Origin: a gamma proteobacterium SCGC AAA168-P09
Lineage (GTDB): Bacteria > Pseudomonadota > Gammaproteobacteria > Magnimaribacterales > D2472
Length of the DNA: 64,000 bases
Assembly: GCA_000385055.1 (NCBI GenBank)
Contig: ARRL01000004.1
Location: forward strand, 30,004 to 94,003
Direction of reading: 5' to 3'
The translations under genes were made by a program, and so were the position numbers. Below are positions 1 to 12,127 of this stretch, in pieces; position 1 is the first letter of the stretch; each line of letters starts with the position of its first letter. Below the pieces are notes generated by a model. That model was given only the letters and a program-made list of their open reading frames with translations. It searched no databases and was not told the origin of the DNA.

Positions 1-338
1 ATAATATTGTTGAGCTAGATGAGCCTATAGTTTTCGATGAAATTAATGAAGTCAATAAGGTTAATATTGAAAATAAAACATCTAGTTTATCATTGAACAA
101 TAAATTAACTTTAAATTTTCTTGATGAGTGTTGGATCGAAATATATTCTGGTAATGAGCTAGTCGCAAATCAATTATTTCAGCTCAATGATGTTTATATG
201 CTGGATATTGAAAAACCCTTTAAAGTTGTAGTTGGAAATGCAGATAATGTAGAGGGAACTTATAATGGAGATAGCATTGATTTTATTACTAATGCTAATA
301 GACTTAGGGTAAATACTATTATATTTAATGATGAGTAA
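1..338 (+). CDS. rodZ: Cytoskeleton protein RodZ, C-terminal part (5' end outside the window)
   Basis: The frame is open from the window edge to TAA at 336-338. The C-terminal beta-rich segment '...[21 protein letters not shown]' resembles the RodZ C-terminal domain. It lies directly upstream of ispG-hisS-yfgM-bamB-der, as in E. coli-type synteny. Confidence 0.6.
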   Translation, partial: NIVELDEPIVFDEINEVNKVNIENKTSSLSLNNKLTLNFLDECWIEIYSGNELVANQLFQLNDVYMLDIEKPFKVVVGNADNVEGTYNGDSIDFITNANRLRVNTIIFNDE

Positions 339-1428
339 TTGGATCAAAAGAAAAAACACTGAGGTTGTTAGTGTTGGTAATGTCAAAGTCGGCGGCACTA
401 ATCCAATATCTGTGCAATCAATGACAAATACAAATACATCTGATGTTATTTCAACAGTTAAACAAATTAATGACTTAGAGGCTGCAGGAGCAGACATTGT
501 TAGGGTTTCTGTTCCAGGGTTTGATGAAGCAAAAGCTTTTAAGGAGATTAAAAAAGCAGTCTCTATTCCATTAGTGGCAGATATTCATTTTGATTACAAA
601 ATAGCTTTGGAAGTTGCCGACACTGCTGATTGCTTACGAATCAATCCAGGAAATATTGGAAAAGAATCAAAAATTAAAGAAGTTATTGCAGCAGCAAAAC
701 ATAACAATGTTCCAATAAGAGTTGGGGTAAATGCAGGTTCGCTCGAAAAAGATTTACAAAAGAAATATGGAGAACCTAATGCAGATGCACTCGTTGAATC
801 AGCATTAAGACATGTAGATATACTAGAAAGATTTAATTTCACTAATTATAAAATGAGTTTAAAGGCTTCAAATATAGAAATGACAGTAGAGGCATATAGG
901 AAAATATCAAACCTTATTAATCAGCCACTTCATTTAGGTATCACAGAGGCTGGAAGTTATAGAGCTGGAACCGTTAAGTCTTCTATTGGAGTTGGAATGC
1001 TTTTGTCTGAAGGAATAGGAGACACTATAAGAATATCTCTTGCTTCAGATCCAATCGATGAGATAAAAGTTGGTTGGGATATATTAAAAAGTTTAAATAT
1101 TAGAAGTAGAGGGGTTAAAATTATAGCTTGCCCAAGTTGTTCAAGACAGAACTTTAATGTTATTGAGGTTGTGAATGAATTAGAACAAAAATTAGAAGAT
1201 ATTTCAGATGATATCGAAGTTGCAATAATAGGTTGTTATGTTAATGGCCCGGGTGAAAGTAAAGCAGCTGAAATAGGTCTTACGGGCGCCAGTCCAAGCA
1301 ACTTATTGTATGTTGATGGAGTCCCAGATAAAAAAATTAGTAGCGAAAACCTTGTTCAAGAAATAGAAGAAAAAGTTAGAGAAAAATTATCTCTTAGAAA
1401 CTCTACTGAAATTATTGCAAGGAGCTAA
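328..1428 (+). CDS. ispG: 4-hydroxy-3-methylbut-2-en-1-yl diphosphate synthase (flavodoxin)
   Basis: 366 aa. 'VRVSVP', 'ADIHFDY' and the Fe-S Cys motifs 'IACPSCSRQ' and 'GCYVNGPGE' are present. Position between rodZ and hisS is conserved. Confidence 0.95.
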   Translation: MMSNWIKRKNTEVVSVGNVKVGGTNPISVQSMTNTNTSDVISTVKQINDLEAAGADIVRVSVPGFDEAKAFKEIKKAVSIPLVADIHFDYKIALEVADTADCLRINPGNIGKESKIKEVIAAAKHNNVPIRVGVNAGSLEKDLQKKYGEPNADALVESALRHVDILERFNFTNYKMSLKASNIEMTVEAYRKISNLINQPLHLGITEAGSYRAGTVKSSIGVGMLLSEGIGDTIRISLASDPIDEIKVGWDILKSLNIRSRGVKIIACPSCSRQNFNVIEVVNELEQKLEDISDDIEVAIIGCYVNGPGESKAAEIGLTGASPSNLLYVDGVPDKKISSENLVQEIEEKVREKLSLRNSTEIIARS

Positions 1429-1429
1429 A

Positions 1430-2692
1430 TTGGATAAAATTAAATCATTAACAGGAATGCTAGACTTATATGATGACGGAGATAAAACCAATTTAGCTGC
1501 AAAATTATTTTACCTAGAAAAAAAAATAAGAGACATTTTCCTGGGCTATAAACTTAATGAGATAAGAACACCTATATTAGAAGATACTAATTTATTTATA
1601 AGATCAGTAGGCGGAGCATCAGATATTGTTAATAAAGAAATATATTCTTTTAATGATAGAAATGATAAAGGTATAGCACTTAGACCTGAGGGTACCGCAA
1701 GTGTCATTAGAGCAATCATAGAAAAAAAATTAGATCAAACAAATCATAAATTATGGTATATGGGCCCCATGTGGAGATACGAAAGGCCTCAAAAGGGACG
1801 CTACAGACAATTCAATCAAGCTGGAGTTGAGATTCTTGGCATCCCTGAAGGAATGCCTGAATTTGAGATGATTTCAATAGTTTGCTCAATCATAAGTGAA
1901 TTTAAATTACAAAACTGTACTATTAAAATTAACCATTTAGGTACTCAAAAAAATAAAGAATCATTTTGCAATGCCTTGGTAAAATTTTTAGAACCATTTA
2001 AAGAATCTCTAGATGAAAAAGATCTTCAGAGATTGAAAAAAAATCCACTAAGAGTTTTAGATACCAAAAATAATGAAACTCAAAATATTTTAAGAGAAGC
2101 TCCATCAATAAAAGAATTTATAGATTCTTCTGCTATAAATTTATTAAATTCAATTCAGAATAATTTTTCTGATATCTGTAATATAGAGATTGATTACTCT
2201 TTAGTTCGGGGTCTTGATTATTATTCTGGCTTTGTTTTTGAAGCAGTTTCCTCTGAGCTTGGAGCACAAGATTCTTTTCTAGGCGGCGGAAGATATGATC
2301 AGCTTTGTGTAAAGCTTGGTGGAAAAGATCTTCCTTCAATAGGCATGGCAATTGGTCTAGAAAGATTTGCAGAACTTATAGAGCTAAAAGATAACTTAGT
2401 AAAACTTGTTTCATTTCTTTCCGTTACTGGTAATTTAGAGCCAAAAGCATATAAAATAGCCCACCAACTTAGATCTTTAAATGAAGATATTATTTTAGAT
2501 GTCCATTTATCAGACAGTAGCTTAAAGGCAAAGTTAAGAAAAGCTAATAAAAATAATGCGGATTACGCAATTATCATTGGAGATGAAGAGCTAAAAAATA
2601 ATACAGCAGTTATAAAACCTTTAAAGAATGAACTTGAAGAGCAGCTAACTGTCTCAATTGATGACTTATATAGTTTTTTTAAATCTATATAA
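1430..2692 (+). CDS. hisS: Histidine--tRNA ligase
   Basis: Class II aaRS motifs 'RYERPQKGRYRQFNQ' and 'GGGRYD' are present. The ORF is open from TTG 1415, but the in-frame TTG at 1430 sits 5 nt after AAGGAG (1419-1424) and gives the usual 'MDKIKSLTGM.D' N-terminus. Confidence 0.93.
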   Translation: MDKIKSLTGMLDLYDDGDKTNLAAKLFYLEKKIRDIFLGYKLNEIRTPILEDTNLFIRSVGGASDIVNKEIYSFNDRNDKGIALRPEGTASVIRAIIEKKLDQTNHKLWYMGPMWRYERPQKGRYRQFNQAGVEILGIPEGMPEFEMISIVCSIISEFKLQNCTIKINHLGTQKNKESFCNALVKFLEPFKESLDEKDLQRLKKNPLRVLDTKNNETQNILREAPSIKEFIDSSAINLLNSIQNNFSDICNIEIDYSLVRGLDYYSGFVFEAVSSELGAQDSFLGGGRYDQLCVKLGGKDLPSIGMAIGLERFAELIELKDNLVKLVSFLSVTGNLEPKAYKIAHQLRSLNEDIILDVHLSDSSLKAKLRKANKNNADYAIIIGDEELKNNTAVIKPLKNELEEQLTVSIDDLYSFFKSI

Positions 2693-2707
2693 AAAAGGAA
2701 AAAAAAT

Positions 2708-3349
2708 ATGAACGAAATTTTTGAAAATAATAAACTTGCAACAAGAGCGAGTAATTTTTATAGTTTATACAGAGTCCCAATAATTGCGATTGTAATTATT
2801 CTACTTGTCAGTATTGTTTTATATCTTTCTCTTGTTCAGTTAAGCAAATCAAACAATGAAAAGGCTGCAGAAATATATAACAAATGGACTATACAAGAAA
2901 TAGAGACTGAAAATGGCCAAAAAACTTCTAGAGATTTATTTAATGAGTTATTAATTTCATATAAAAAAACTGGTTATACAAAGCTTGCTCTCCTAAACCA
3001 GGCTTCTATAGATGCAAAAAATGGATTAAATGAAGAATCTCTTAATAAATTTTTAATGCTAATAGACTTAACAGATGGCATTAGAGGAAATACTCTTTTT
3101 AATAAAATAGCCAGAGTTAATGCAGCTAGATTATTTTATGCTGAAGAAAAGTATGATGAGGCACTAAATTTACTTGAGAAATACTCATCTTCATCATCCG
3201 CAATGATTCATGAGCTACTTGGAGATATTTTAACAAAACAAGATAAGATTGATTTAGCTAAAGATCAGTATTTATTATCCAAAGATAAATATACTGATGA
3301 AGCATCAACATCAATTGTTTCAATAAAAATCTCTAACTTGTCAGAATAA
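2708..3349 (+). CDS. yfgM: YfgM-like membrane-anchored TPR-like protein (ancillary SecYEG translocon subunit family)
   Basis: 213 aa with a single N-terminal TM segment ('IIAIVIILLVSIVLYLSLV') and a helical repeat C-terminal part. The slot between hisS and bamB is conserved. Confidence 0.6.
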   Translation: MNEIFENNKLATRASNFYSLYRVPIIAIVIILLVSIVLYLSLVQLSKSNNEKAAEIYNKWTIQEIETENGQKTSRDLFNELLISYKKTGYTKLALLNQASIDAKNGLNEESLNKFLMLIDLTDGIRGNTLFNKIARVNAARLFYAEEKYDEALNLLEKYSSSSSAMIHELLGDILTKQDKIDLAKDQYLLSKDKYTDEASTSIVSIKISNLSE

Positions 3350-3350
3350 T

Positions 3351-4532
3351 ATGACTTTATCTAACCCAATGATTCAAAAACAAATTTCAAGATTATTTGT
3401 GATTCCTTTTTTGATTGTATTTTTATCCTCATGCTCTTCTTTGAGCTCAATGAAATTTTGGGGTAATGGTGATTTAGATATAGATGAACCTAGACCACTA
3501 CAAGTTATATCAAATACTAAAAACATTCAAACTAACTGGAACTTATCTTTTTCAGGAGAAAACTATCTTGGTAATTTTATACCTGCATTTAGTGCTGATA
3601 ACATTTTTTTTGCTGATTCCAATGGTCAGATTAAATCATTCAGCTCAAGTCAAGGAAAAGTAAATTGGGAAAAAAAAGTTAACTCTCTATCATCTGGAAT
3701 TTCATCTGGTTTTGGTATGCTTGTAGTAGCAGATATCGATGGGAATATTATTAGCTTAAATCAAGAAGATGGTTCTATTTTATGGTCAGTAAATGTTAAA
3801 GGAGAAGTTTTAGCTCCTAGTGCGATAAGTTCAAAATTTGTAATTACTAAGACAAGTTCTGGTGAATTAATTGCCTTAGATAGAAATAATGGTGAAATAG
3901 TTTGGTCATACAGGTCTAAACTTCCAACTCTTAGTATTAGAGGAAGTAGTAGCCCAGTAATTGATGATGATAAGGTCTATGTTTCATTTGACAATGGAAG
4001 ACTTACAGTATTTGAATTAGATTCAGGATTTCCGGTATGGGACGGAGCTATATCCTATGTTAGTGGAGCCTCAGAATTAGAAAATTTAATAGATTCGGAC
4101 TCAAATCCCATCGTTGAGGGTGGTTTGGTTTATACAACTAATTATCAGGGCAATATAAATATATTTGATATTGCTCAAAAAAGATCAGTATGGCAAGCTG
4201 AAGCTTCATCATTTTATTCCCCACTTCTAATAAAAGGACTTATCGTGTTAGTTGAATCAGCATCAAATATAAAGTCTTACTCCACTAAAACACTACAAGA
4301 ATCATGGGCTTCAGATGAATTTCTTAATAGACAATTATCAAATCCCATAGCATTTGATGGAAGTATAATAATTGGTGATTTTGAAGGGTATATACATATA
4401 ATTGACCCTTTGAATGGCAAGCCCATTGGCAGAAAAAAAATATCCAAGAAACCAATTAAAATGATTATTAGCAGGAGTAAAAACTTTTATGTTGTTGACG
4501 AATCATTTAATTTATTCTCATTAAGCATCTAA
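3351..4532 (+). CDS. bamB: Outer membrane protein assembly factor BamB (lipoprotein)
   Basis: Lipobox 'FLSSC'. Repeated PQQ-like beta-propeller blades ('G.I.ALD..NG...W'). Synteny yfgM-bamB-der. Confidence 0.85.
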   Translation: MTLSNPMIQKQISRLFVIPFLIVFLSSCSSLSSMKFWGNGDLDIDEPRPLQVISNTKNIQTNWNLSFSGENYLGNFIPAFSADNIFFADSNGQIKSFSSSQGKVNWEKKVNSLSSGISSGFGMLVVADIDGNIISLNQEDGSILWSVNVKGEVLAPSAISSKFVITKTSSGELIALDRNNGEIVWSYRSKLPTLSIRGSSSPVIDDDKVYVSFDNGRLTVFELDSGFPVWDGAISYVSGASELENLIDSDSNPIVEGGLVYTTNYQGNINIFDIAQKRSVWQAEASSFYSPLLIKGLIVLVESASNIKSYSTKTLQESWASDEFLNRQLSNPIAFDGSIIIGDFEGYIHIIDPLNGKPIGRKKISKKPIKMIISRSKNFYVVDESFNLFSLSI

Positions 4533-4546
4533 GATGTATATCAATA

Positions 4547-5929
4547 ATGTTTACTTCAATAGCAATCATAGGAAGACCGAATGTTGGTAAGTCTACCTTA
4601 TTCAACAAACTAACAAAATCTAGACAAGCAATAGTTTCTGATTTTTCAGGCTTAACAAAAGATAGAAACTATGGCTATATCTCTTTTGGAGATCAAAAAA
4701 GCTTAATTATTGATACTGGCGGTATCGCACAAGATGATTCTATTTTAAAAGAGGATATAGCTGAACAAGCTTGGATTGCTGCCGAGGAATCAAATCTTAT
4801 AATCTTTTTACTAGACGGATCACAAAATCTTAACAAAGAAGACTTAGACATTTTAACAAGGTTAAGGAAGCTAAATAAAAATTTTATTACTGTATTAAAT
4901 AAAATTGATAAAAAATCACAATCTTTAATTAAAGAAGATCTAACTAAAAAGGGATTGAATGATATTTTTGAAATTAGTGCAGAACATTCAAGAAATTTAA
5001 TTGATCTAAGGACTTTTATTAAAGCATCACTGCCAAAAGAGAAACTCAAAGCTCCTGAAGGAAAAAAAATTGCTGTACTGGGAAGACCAAATGCTGGTAA
5101 ATCAACTTTTATTAATAAATTTATCAAACAAGATAGGCTTATCGTTTCTGAAATAGCTGGCACAACTATCGATGCAATTAGTATCCCATTTACTGTAAAT
5201 GATGACGACTTTATTTTTATTGATACTGCAGGAATTAGAAAAGGCTATCGTAATGCTCATAAAGTAGAATATTTTTCTTATGTAAGGGCAATGCATTCAG
5301 TAGAAGAATGTGATGTTGTTATATTTATATGTGATGCCACAGAAGGCTTAGTAGACCAGGATCTAAAAATTATTAATATGATTTGTGAAATGGGGAAACC
5401 AGTTGTTATAGCTTTTAATAAAATGGACTTACTTTCAAAAAAAGAAAAAGATAAATTATATGAATCCAAAAGAGCTCAATCTAGCTTTGTTGATGACTTC
5501 ATAAAAATAGAAATTTCTGGCATCAACGGAACTGGATTCAAAAGACTTTTTAGAATTACTAATAATGTAATTGATATAGCTCAGAAAAAATATACAACAG
5601 CTGCCCTTAATAAATTATTGAGTAAATTTGTTCTTCAAAGTGCTCCTCCTTCAGTTGGGGGAAGACAGCTAAAGCTTAAACATATTCATTTTGGTGGTAT
5701 AAACCCAACAACATTAATTATTCACTCAAATCAAGATAAAAAAATTCCTCAAAATTATCGAAAATATTTAGAAAATTCTTTAAGAGAAGCTCTCAAACTT
5801 CAAAGTATTCAGCTTAAGTTAATTTTCAGGAAATCTGAAAATCCTTTCAAATCTAAAATTAATAAACTGACTGAAAGGCAGGTCAAAAAAAGACAAAGAA
5901 TGATGAAGCATGTAAGGAAGAAAAAATAA
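4547..5929 (+). CDS. der: Ribosome biogenesis GTPase Der (EngA)
   Basis: Two tandem GTPase domains with P-loops 'GRPNVGKST' and 'GRPNAGKST', 'DTGG'/'DTAG' and 'NKID'/'NKMD' motifs, and a Lys-rich tail. Confidence 0.96.
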   Translation: MFTSIAIIGRPNVGKSTLFNKLTKSRQAIVSDFSGLTKDRNYGYISFGDQKSLIIDTGGIAQDDSILKEDIAEQAWIAAEESNLIIFLLDGSQNLNKEDLDILTRLRKLNKNFITVLNKIDKKSQSLIKEDLTKKGLNDIFEISAEHSRNLIDLRTFIKASLPKEKLKAPEGKKIAVLGRPNAGKSTFINKFIKQDRLIVSEIAGTTIDAISIPFTVNDDDFIFIDTAGIRKGYRNAHKVEYFSYVRAMHSVEECDVVIFICDATEGLVDQDLKIINMICEMGKPVVIAFNKMDLLSKKEKDKLYESKRAQSSFVDDFIKIEISGINGTGFKRLFRITNNVIDIAQKKYTTAALNKLLSKFVLQSAPPSVGGRQLKLKHIHFGGINPTTLIIHSNQDKKIPQNYRKYLENSLREALKLQSIQLKLIFRKSENPFKSKINKLTERQVKKRQRMMKHVRKKK

Positions 5930-6011
5930 GTAAATTAATATCTTTTTAACATCTCAATTATTTAATTTGTTTATAATCAGTTATAATTACAGCATAAAAA
6001 CACACTAAAAA

Positions 6012-6416
6012 ATGACATTTGTCACTTTCTTAATGACACATAAAAGACCTATAAATATAAACCTTTTCAAGATACAGCTACCTTTATCTGCCTTACTTTC
6101 TATAACTCATAGAATTAGCGGAATACTAATATTTTTTATAGTTCTTCCAGTTACTGCAATAGCTCTATCTTTTATGTATGAAAGTCAACAATCATATGAT
6201 AATTTTGTAAATTTTTATTCAACAAATTCTTTTATTAAATTAATTTTTATTAGTTTAGTTTTAATATTTCAATACCATATTTTTACAGGCATTAGACATT
6301 TATTGATAGATTTTCATCTTTTGGCAGAAAATCTTTCTTCATCATTTAGATCAGCAGTTATAACTTTGCTTTTATTTTTATTTAATGCAATTGCAACTAT
6401 TCGGATAATGCTATGA
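6012..6416 (+). CDS. sdhC: Succinate dehydrogenase cytochrome b556 subunit
   Basis: Three-TM protein with 'HRISG' (heme His) placed directly before sdhDAB. An alternative in-frame ATG at 6033 (MTHKRPINI...) is possible. Confidence 0.8.
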   Translation: MTFVTFLMTHKRPININLFKIQLPLSALLSITHRISGILIFFIVLPVTAIALSFMYESQQSYDNFVNFYSTNSFIKLIFISLVLIFQYHIFTGIRHLLIDFHLLAENLSSSFRSAVITLLLFLFNAIATIRIML

Positions 6417-6763
6417 ATATTGGAAGATTGTCATGGTATCTTCAGCGTTATAGTGCTTTTTACTTCCTTATATTTTTGGGATATTTAGAGTACTTATTTT
6501 GGACTAACAGTCTATCGTTTGAGCTTATAACTACTTGTTCTTGGTTCAAGGTTTCATTATCAATATTTATTCTTTTGGTATGTGTGCATGCATTTATTGG
6601 ACTCTGGACAGTAGGAACAGACTATCTAACCAAAAGAACTTTGGGATTTATTTCAACTAGTTTAAGCAATAGCGCAGACATTATAAGAAAAATATATGAG
6701 ATTTCTTTCATTCTTTTAGGTCTGATTATCACATTAATGTACTTCTCAATTATCTGGTTTTAA
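6413..6763 (+). CDS. sdhD: Succinate dehydrogenase hydrophobic membrane anchor subunit
   Basis: 116 aa, three-TM protein. It overlaps the sdhC stop by 4 nt and precedes sdhA. Confidence 0.75.
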   Translation: MNIGRLSWYLQRYSAFYFLIFLGYLEYLFWTNSLSFELITTCSWFKVSLSIFILLVCVHAFIGLWTVGTDYLTKRTLGFISTSLSNSADIIRKIYEISFILLGLIITLMYFSIIWF

Positions 6764-6767
6764 AAAT

Positions 6768-8552
6768 ATGACAAATTATAATTCTGCTAATATAAAAACT
6801 ATAGAATTTGATGCTCTAATCATCGGCGGAGGTGGTTCTGGGATGAGGACATCTTTAGAGCTTGCCAAGTCTGGTTTAAAAACAGCAGTAGTGTCAAAAG
6901 TGTTTCCTACTAGGTCTCATACAGTCTCAGCTCAAGGAGGTATCACATGCGCAATTCAAAGTGCTGATCCTAATGATGATTGGAGATGGCATATGTATGA
7001 TACTGTGAAAGGGGCAGATTTCATTGGTGATCAAGACGCTATCGAGTATTTATGTTCAGAGGGACCCAAGGCAGTTTTTGAACTGGAGCATATGGGATTA
7101 CCATTTTCTAGATTTGATAATGGAAGAATATACCAAAGACCATTTGGAGGTCAGTCAAAGGATTTTGGTAAAGGTGGCCAGGCTGCAAGAACCTGTGCAG
7201 CTGCTGACAGAACAGGTCACGCACTACTTCATACCCTCTATCAAAATAATATTAAAGAAGGAACAAATTTTTTAAATGAATGGTTTGCTGTTGATATTGT
7301 CAAAAATGATAAAAATGAGGTTGCCGGAGTTATTGCTTTTTCTATTGAATACGGCGAAGTTGCATACCTTAAGGCTCAGTCAACAGTAATGGCTACTGGA
7401 GGAGCTGGCAGAATATATGCTTCTACAACTAATGCTTTAATAAATACTGGTGATGGTTTAGCAATGGCTCTGAGAGCTGGATTTCCTGCTCAAGATATGG
7501 AAATGTGGCAATTTCATCCAACAGGCATTTATGGTGCAGGGTCTCTTGTTACCGAAGGTTGCAGGGGAGAAGGCGGCTATCTAATAAATAAAGATGGCGA
7601 AAGGTTTATGGAAAGGTATGCCCCTAATGTAAAGGATTTAGCTGGAAGAGATGTGGTTGCTAGGTCTATGGTCTTAGAAATTCTTGAGGGTAGAGGATGT
7701 GGAGAAAATCAAGATCATATTTTTCTAAAACTAGATCATCTTGGAGCAGATGTATTAAATGCAAAACTTCCAGGGATATGTGAACTATCTAGAACTTTTG
7801 CTCATGTTGATCCAATATTTGAACCCATACCTGTAGTTCCTACATGTCACTACATGATGGGTGGCACACCTACTAACATTAATGGACAGGCATTCAATAG
7901 AGTTGATGAAATTGATTCTATAGTTCCTGGATTATTTGCTGCAGGAGAGGCTGCATGTGTATCAGTTCATGGAGCAAATAGACTTGGAGGAAATTCATTA
8001 CTTGATCTAGTCGTATTTGGAAGAGCAACAGGAATGTTTATCCAGGAAGAAATAAAATCTGGTGGAGGGGTAAAGTCTGCAGGTTTAGATGATATAGATG
8101 CAGCTTTGGAAAGGCTAAATAAATTAAATGAATCTAATAGTGGATATGATACAGCGGATGTTAAGAAACAGCTTCAAGAATGTATGCAAAATTACTTTGG
8201 AGTTTTCAGGCGTGGTGAATTTATGCAAAAAGGCTTAAATGAACTCAAAGAGATAAGTGATAAAGTCAGTAATCTTCATTTAAAGGATAAAAGTAATGCT
8301 TTCAATACAAGCAGAGTAGAGGCGATTGAGTTACAAAATTTATTTGAAGTTGCAGAAGCGACTGCTATTGCTGCTTATAGTAGAAATGAGAGTAGAGGAG
8401 CTCATGCGAGAGATGATTACCCAGAAAGAGATGATGAAAACTGGTTATGTCACTCACTTTATGACCCACAATCTAAATCAATTTCAAAAAGAGACGTAAA
8501 TTTTAGTCCTTCTGAAGTTGAAGCATTTCCACCAATTGTAAGGACCTATTAA
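6768..8552 (+). CDS. sdhA: Succinate dehydrogenase flavoprotein subunit
   Basis: FAD fold '[10 protein letters not shown]', covalent-FAD His context '[10 protein letters not shown]', 'HPTG' and 'RGAHAR'. Confidence 0.97.
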   Translation: MTNYNSANIKTIEFDALIIGGGGSGMRTSLELAKSGLKTAVVSKVFPTRSHTVSAQGGITCAIQSADPNDDWRWHMYDTVKGADFIGDQDAIEYLCSEGPKAVFELEHMGLPFSRFDNGRIYQRPFGGQSKDFGKGGQAARTCAAADRTGHALLHTLYQNNIKEGTNFLNEWFAVDIVKNDKNEVAGVIAFSIEYGEVAYLKAQSTVMATGGAGRIYASTTNALINTGDGLAMALRAGFPAQDMEMWQFHPTGIYGAGSLVTEGCRGEGGYLINKDGERFMERYAPNVKDLAGRDVVARSMVLEILEGRGCGENQDHIFLKLDHLGADVLNAKLPGICELSRTFAHVDPIFEPIPVVPTCHYMMGGTPTNINGQAFNRVDEIDSIVPGLFAAGEAACVSVHGANRLGGNSLLDLVVFGRATGMFIQEEIKSGGGVKSAGLDDIDAALERLNKLNESNSGYDTADVKKQLQECMQNYFGVFRRGEFMQKGLNELKEISDKVSNLHLKDKSNAFNTSRVEAIELQNLFEVAEATAIAAYSRNESRGAHARDDYPERDDENWLCHSLYDPQSKSISKRDVNFSPSEVEAFPPIVRTY

Positions 8553-9299
8553 ATGGCAAAAGATATACTTGAAATTAATATGTATAGATACAATCCAGAG
8601 CAGGATAAATTTCCATACATTAAGAACTACAGCATAGAGAAGCCTGCAAAAGACATCATGGTTCTTGATTTACTTCATTTGCTAAAAGAGCAAGATGAAT
8701 CAATATCATATAGAAGGTCATGCAGAGAAGGAGTTTGTGGATCAGATGGTATGAATATCAATGGTAAAAATGGCCTCGCATGTATCACACCAATATCATC
8801 TATCCTAAAAAATAATAAAATAGAACTTAGACCACTGCCTGGGCTGCCTGTGATTAGAGATTTAGTGGTTGATATGACAGAATTTTATGCTCAATATGAG
8901 AAAATTAAACCTTTTTTACAAAATAACACTACTGCTCCTGAGCAAGAAAGACTTCAGTCACCAGCAGATAGAGACAAATTAGATGGTTTGTATGAATGTA
9001 TTTTATGTGCATGTTGCTCTACAAGCTGCCCATCTTTTTGGTGGAACCCTGATAAGTTTTTGGGTCCAGCAGCCTTACTTCAGGCATATAGATTCCTAGC
9101 TGATACTAGAGATCTTAAGACAAATGAAAGGCTTGACGAGCTGTCCGATCCATTCAGTGTATACAGATGTCATGGAATAATGAACTGTGTAAGCTCATGC
9201 CCGAAAGGGTTAAATCCAAATAAAGCCATTGGTAAAATTAAAACAATGCTTTTAAGAGATAAAAAAGAAATTATTACTTCAGATGGGGTTATGAATTAA
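8553..9299 (+). CDS. sdhB: Succinate dehydrogenase iron-sulfur subunit
   Basis: Cys clusters 'CREGVCGSDGMNING', 'CILCACCSTSCP' and 'CHGIMNCVSSCPKG'. Confidence 0.97.
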   Translation: MAKDILEINMYRYNPEQDKFPYIKNYSIEKPAKDIMVLDLLHLLKEQDESISYRRSCREGVCGSDGMNINGKNGLACITPISSILKNNKIELRPLPGLPVIRDLVVDMTEFYAQYEKIKPFLQNNTTAPEQERLQSPADRDKLDGLYECILCACCSTSCPSFWWNPDKFLGPAALLQAYRFLADTRDLKTNERLDELSDPFSVYRCHGIMNCVSSCPKGLNPNKAIGKIKTMLLRDKKEIITSDGVMN

Positions 9300-9305
9300 G
9301 TAGCG

Positions 9306-12119
9306 ATGAGCCAATTAATGCAAGAACTATGGGGGAGTTCACATTTGTCAGCAGGACATGCAGCCTACCTAGAAAATCTTTACGAAACATATTTAACCAA
9401 TCCAGAAAACCTTTCAAAAGAATGGCGCGATTTCTTTGCAAATCTCCCTAGAGGATCTAGTACAAATGGGGACGTATCCCATCAAAGCATAATCAATGAA
9501 TTTAAAAATCTTTCAAGAGGAGTTGTATCAACAAAAGAAGAGATAGATGAAAGGCAAGGAAAAGTTATAAGACTTATACAAGCCTATAGAAATAGAGGCC
9601 ATCAAGAAGCAACATTAGATCCACTGGGTATAATGGAAAGAAATCCAATCGAAGATCTTAACATTGAGTTTCATGGATTATCACAAGACGATTTGGATAC
9701 TGAATTCTATACAGATACATTTAATGCTGGTAATTCTGATACTAAAAAATCTAGTTTACGGAACATCATAGAGGATTTAAGAAGGATCTATTGTGGAAAT
9801 ATAGGCGTTGAATATAACTATATAATGAATTCAAACGAAAGAAGGTGGTTCCAAAAACAATTTGAATCAAAAATAGAATCTTATTCTTTTACAAAGGATG
9901 AAAAATTACATATTTATGAAAGATTAAATTCTGCTGAAGGGTTGGCAAAGTATTTAGCTGCTAAATATCCAGGTATGAAGAGGTTTGGTATTGATGGAAG
10001 TGAATCTTTAGTCCCACTAGTTGATGCTGTTATACAAAATTGTGGAAGACTTGGCGCTAATCAAATATGTTTTGGTATGGCTCACAGAGGAAGATTAAAT
10101 TTATTAGTAAATGTTTTAGGAAAACTTCCGGCAGATCTATTTTCTGCATTTGATGAAACCGGAGAATTGGAAGGAGCAAATACTGGCGATGTTAAATATC
10201 ATTTAGGCTTTTCATCTAATATTAATACTCCTGGTGGCGAGGTTCATGTATCTCTGAATAATAATCCATCACATTTAGAAATAGTAGATCCAGTAGTGCT
10301 AGGGTCTGTTAGAGCAAGACAAGATAGGCTAGAAGATAATAAAAGAAAAAAAGTAGTACCAGTTTTACTGCATGGTGATGCATCTTTTTCAGGACAGGGA
10401 GTTGTGATGGAATCTCTGCAAATGTCTCAAACTAGAGGCTTTAATGTTGGGGGCGCAATACACATAATTGTAAATAATCAGATTGGTTTTACTACTAGCA
10501 ATAAAAATGATGCAAGATCAACTGACTATTCAACAGATGTTGCAAAAATGATTCAAGCCCCTGTAATTCATGTTAATGGAGATGATCCTGAAATGGTTAT
10601 CAAGGCAGTAAAAATAGCATGTAAATATAGAGAAAAATTCAATAAAGATGTTGTTATTGATTTATTTTGTTATAGAAGAAGAGGTCATAATGAAGCAGAC
10701 GATCCATCAGCTACACAACCAACAATGTACAAGAAAATCGCAAAGCACCCATCTGTTCTTAATCAATATCAAGAAAAATTAATGATAGAAGGTTTTATAT
10801 CTAAAGAATTAGCATTAGAAATTAAAAACACTTATAGAAAATCTTTAGAAGACGGAAAAACAGTTGCAAAGAGTTTAGCAGATCACTCAAACACCTCACT
10901 TTGGTTTGACTGGACTGATTATATGAATGTTTTATGGTGGCCTAAAGTCGATACATCCTTTAAGGTTAAAAAATTTATATCTTTAGCTACGCAGATTTGT
11001 GAAGTTCCTGATTCATTTCAATTAGGAAATCAAGCATCCAAAATTTTTAACGATAGAAAAAAGATGACTGAAGGAAGTCTAGGTATTAATTGGGGTTATG
11101 CTGAAAGTATGGCTTATGCATCATTACTTCAAGAGGGTTTCCCTATAAGAATTACGGGGCAGGATGTCAGAAGGGGGACGTTTTCTCATAGACATGCTTG
11201 CGTTTTTGATAAAGATTCAGGAGAAGGCTATATTCCTTTATCAAAAATAGCTAATGACAATAATACAAGATTTGATATATATGATTCATTGCTTTCAGAA
11301 GAAGCTGTTTTAGGTTTTGAATATGGATATTCTGCTACATGGCCAACTGGGTTAACTATCTGGGAAGCTCAATTTGGTGATTTTGTTAATGGTGCCCAGG
11401 TTGTTATCGATCAATTCATAGTTTCAGCTCAACATAAATGGGAAAGGTTATCAGGCTTAGTAATGCTTTTACCCCATGGATATGAAGGTCAAGGACCTGA
11501 ACATAGTAGCGCTAGAATTGAAAGATTTCTTCAATTATGTGCTTCAGAAAACATTCAAGTTTGTATTCCAAGCTCACCATCGCAGATTTTTCATTTATTA
11601 AGAAGGCAAGCAATTAGAAAAATGAGAACCCCTTTAATAGTTATTTCACCTAAAAGTTTGTTAAGAAATCCTATGGCAACATCATCACTTCAAGATCTTA
11701 CTGAAGGTTCTTTTAATTGCGTGATTGATGATGTTGTTCAAAAAAAGTCTAAGATAAAAAAGGTTATCTTATGTTCTGGTAAAGTTTTTTATGATCTAAA
11801 GGAGAGAAGAAATACTGAGCTAAAAGAGCATATTGCAATTGTAAGAATTGAACAACTTTATCCATTTCCATATGATGATCTTGAGGAAGTGTTAAAGGAA
11901 TATAAAAACGTTGAAGACATAGTCTGGTGTCAAGAAGAGCCACAAAACCAAGGCGCTTGGTTTAGCCATAGACACAGGCTTCAAAGAGTTTTAGATAGAT
12001 TGGGAGAAAATAAAGAAATTACACTAGTTAGCAGGCCGCCTGCTGCAGCTCCAGCAGTCGGAATGATGAAATTACATTTAGAACAACAAAGTAATCTTGT
12101 TACAGAAGCTTTACAATAG
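9306..12119 (+). CDS. sucA: 2-oxoglutarate dehydrogenase E1 component
   Basis: 937 aa. The N-terminal '[10 protein letters not shown]' is typical of E1o, with ThDP-binding and transketolase-like regions. It sits in the sdh-suc operon. Confidence 0.97.
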   Translation: MSQLMQELWGSSHLSAGHAAYLENLYETYLTNPENLSKEWRDFFANLPRGSSTNGDVSHQSIINEFKNLSRGVVSTKEEIDERQGKVIRLIQAYRNRGHQEATLDPLGIMERNPIEDLNIEFHGLSQDDLDTEFYTDTFNAGNSDTKKSSLRNIIEDLRRIYCGNIGVEYNYIMNSNERRWFQKQFESKIESYSFTKDEKLHIYERLNSAEGLAKYLAAKYPGMKRFGIDGSESLVPLVDAVIQNCGRLGANQICFGMAHRGRLNLLVNVLGKLPADLFSAFDETGELEGANTGDVKYHLGFSSNINTPGGEVHVSLNNNPSHLEIVDPVVLGSVRARQDRLEDNKRKKVVPVLLHGDASFSGQGVVMESLQMSQTRGFNVGGAIHIIVNNQIGFTTSNKNDARSTDYSTDVAKMIQAPVIHVNGDDPEMVIKAVKIACKYREKFNKDVVIDLFCYRRRGHNEADDPSATQPTMYKKIAKHPSVLNQYQEKLMIEGFISKELALEIKNTYRKSLEDGKTVAKSLADHSNTSLWFDWTDYMNVLWWPKVDTSFKVKKFISLATQICEVPDSFQLGNQASKIFNDRKKMTEGSLGINWGYAESMAYASLLQEGFPIRITGQDVRRGTFSHRHACVFDKDSGEGYIPLSKIANDNNTRFDIYDSLLSEEAVLGFEYGYSATWPTGLTIWEAQFGDFVNGAQVVIDQFIVSAQHKWERLSGLVMLLPHGYEGQGPEHSSARIERFLQLCASENIQVCIPSSPSQIFHLLRRQAIRKMRTPLIVISPKSLLRNPMATSSLQDLTEGSFNCVIDDVVQKKSKIKKVILCSGKVFYDLKERRNTELKEHIAIVRIEQLYPFPYDDLEEVLKEYKNVEDIVWCQEEPQNQGAWFSHRHRLQRVLDRLGENKEITLVSRPPAAAPAVGMMKLHLEQQSNLVTEALQ

Positions 12120-12127
12120 GGAAAATT

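Noticed and set aside
4693-5163. 156-aa ORF antisense to der. Similar long antisense ORFs occur at 13581-14084 (lpdA), 30790-31209 and 31369-31632 (groEL), 28624-29184 (ampG), 55026-55325 (smc) and 56216-56551 (ligase).
   Set aside because: Each lies entirely inside a strongly supported gene on the opposite strand. They have low-complexity Ser/Ile/Phe/Leu-rich composition typical of shadow ORFs, and they have no SD or recognisable motifs.
7024-7275. 83-aa same-strand ORF in an alternative frame inside sdhA. Similar small same-strand ORFs occur at 23814-23996, 43488-43676 and 52583-52822.
   Set aside because: They are fully nested in strongly supported genes and have no independent translation signals or recognisable motifs.
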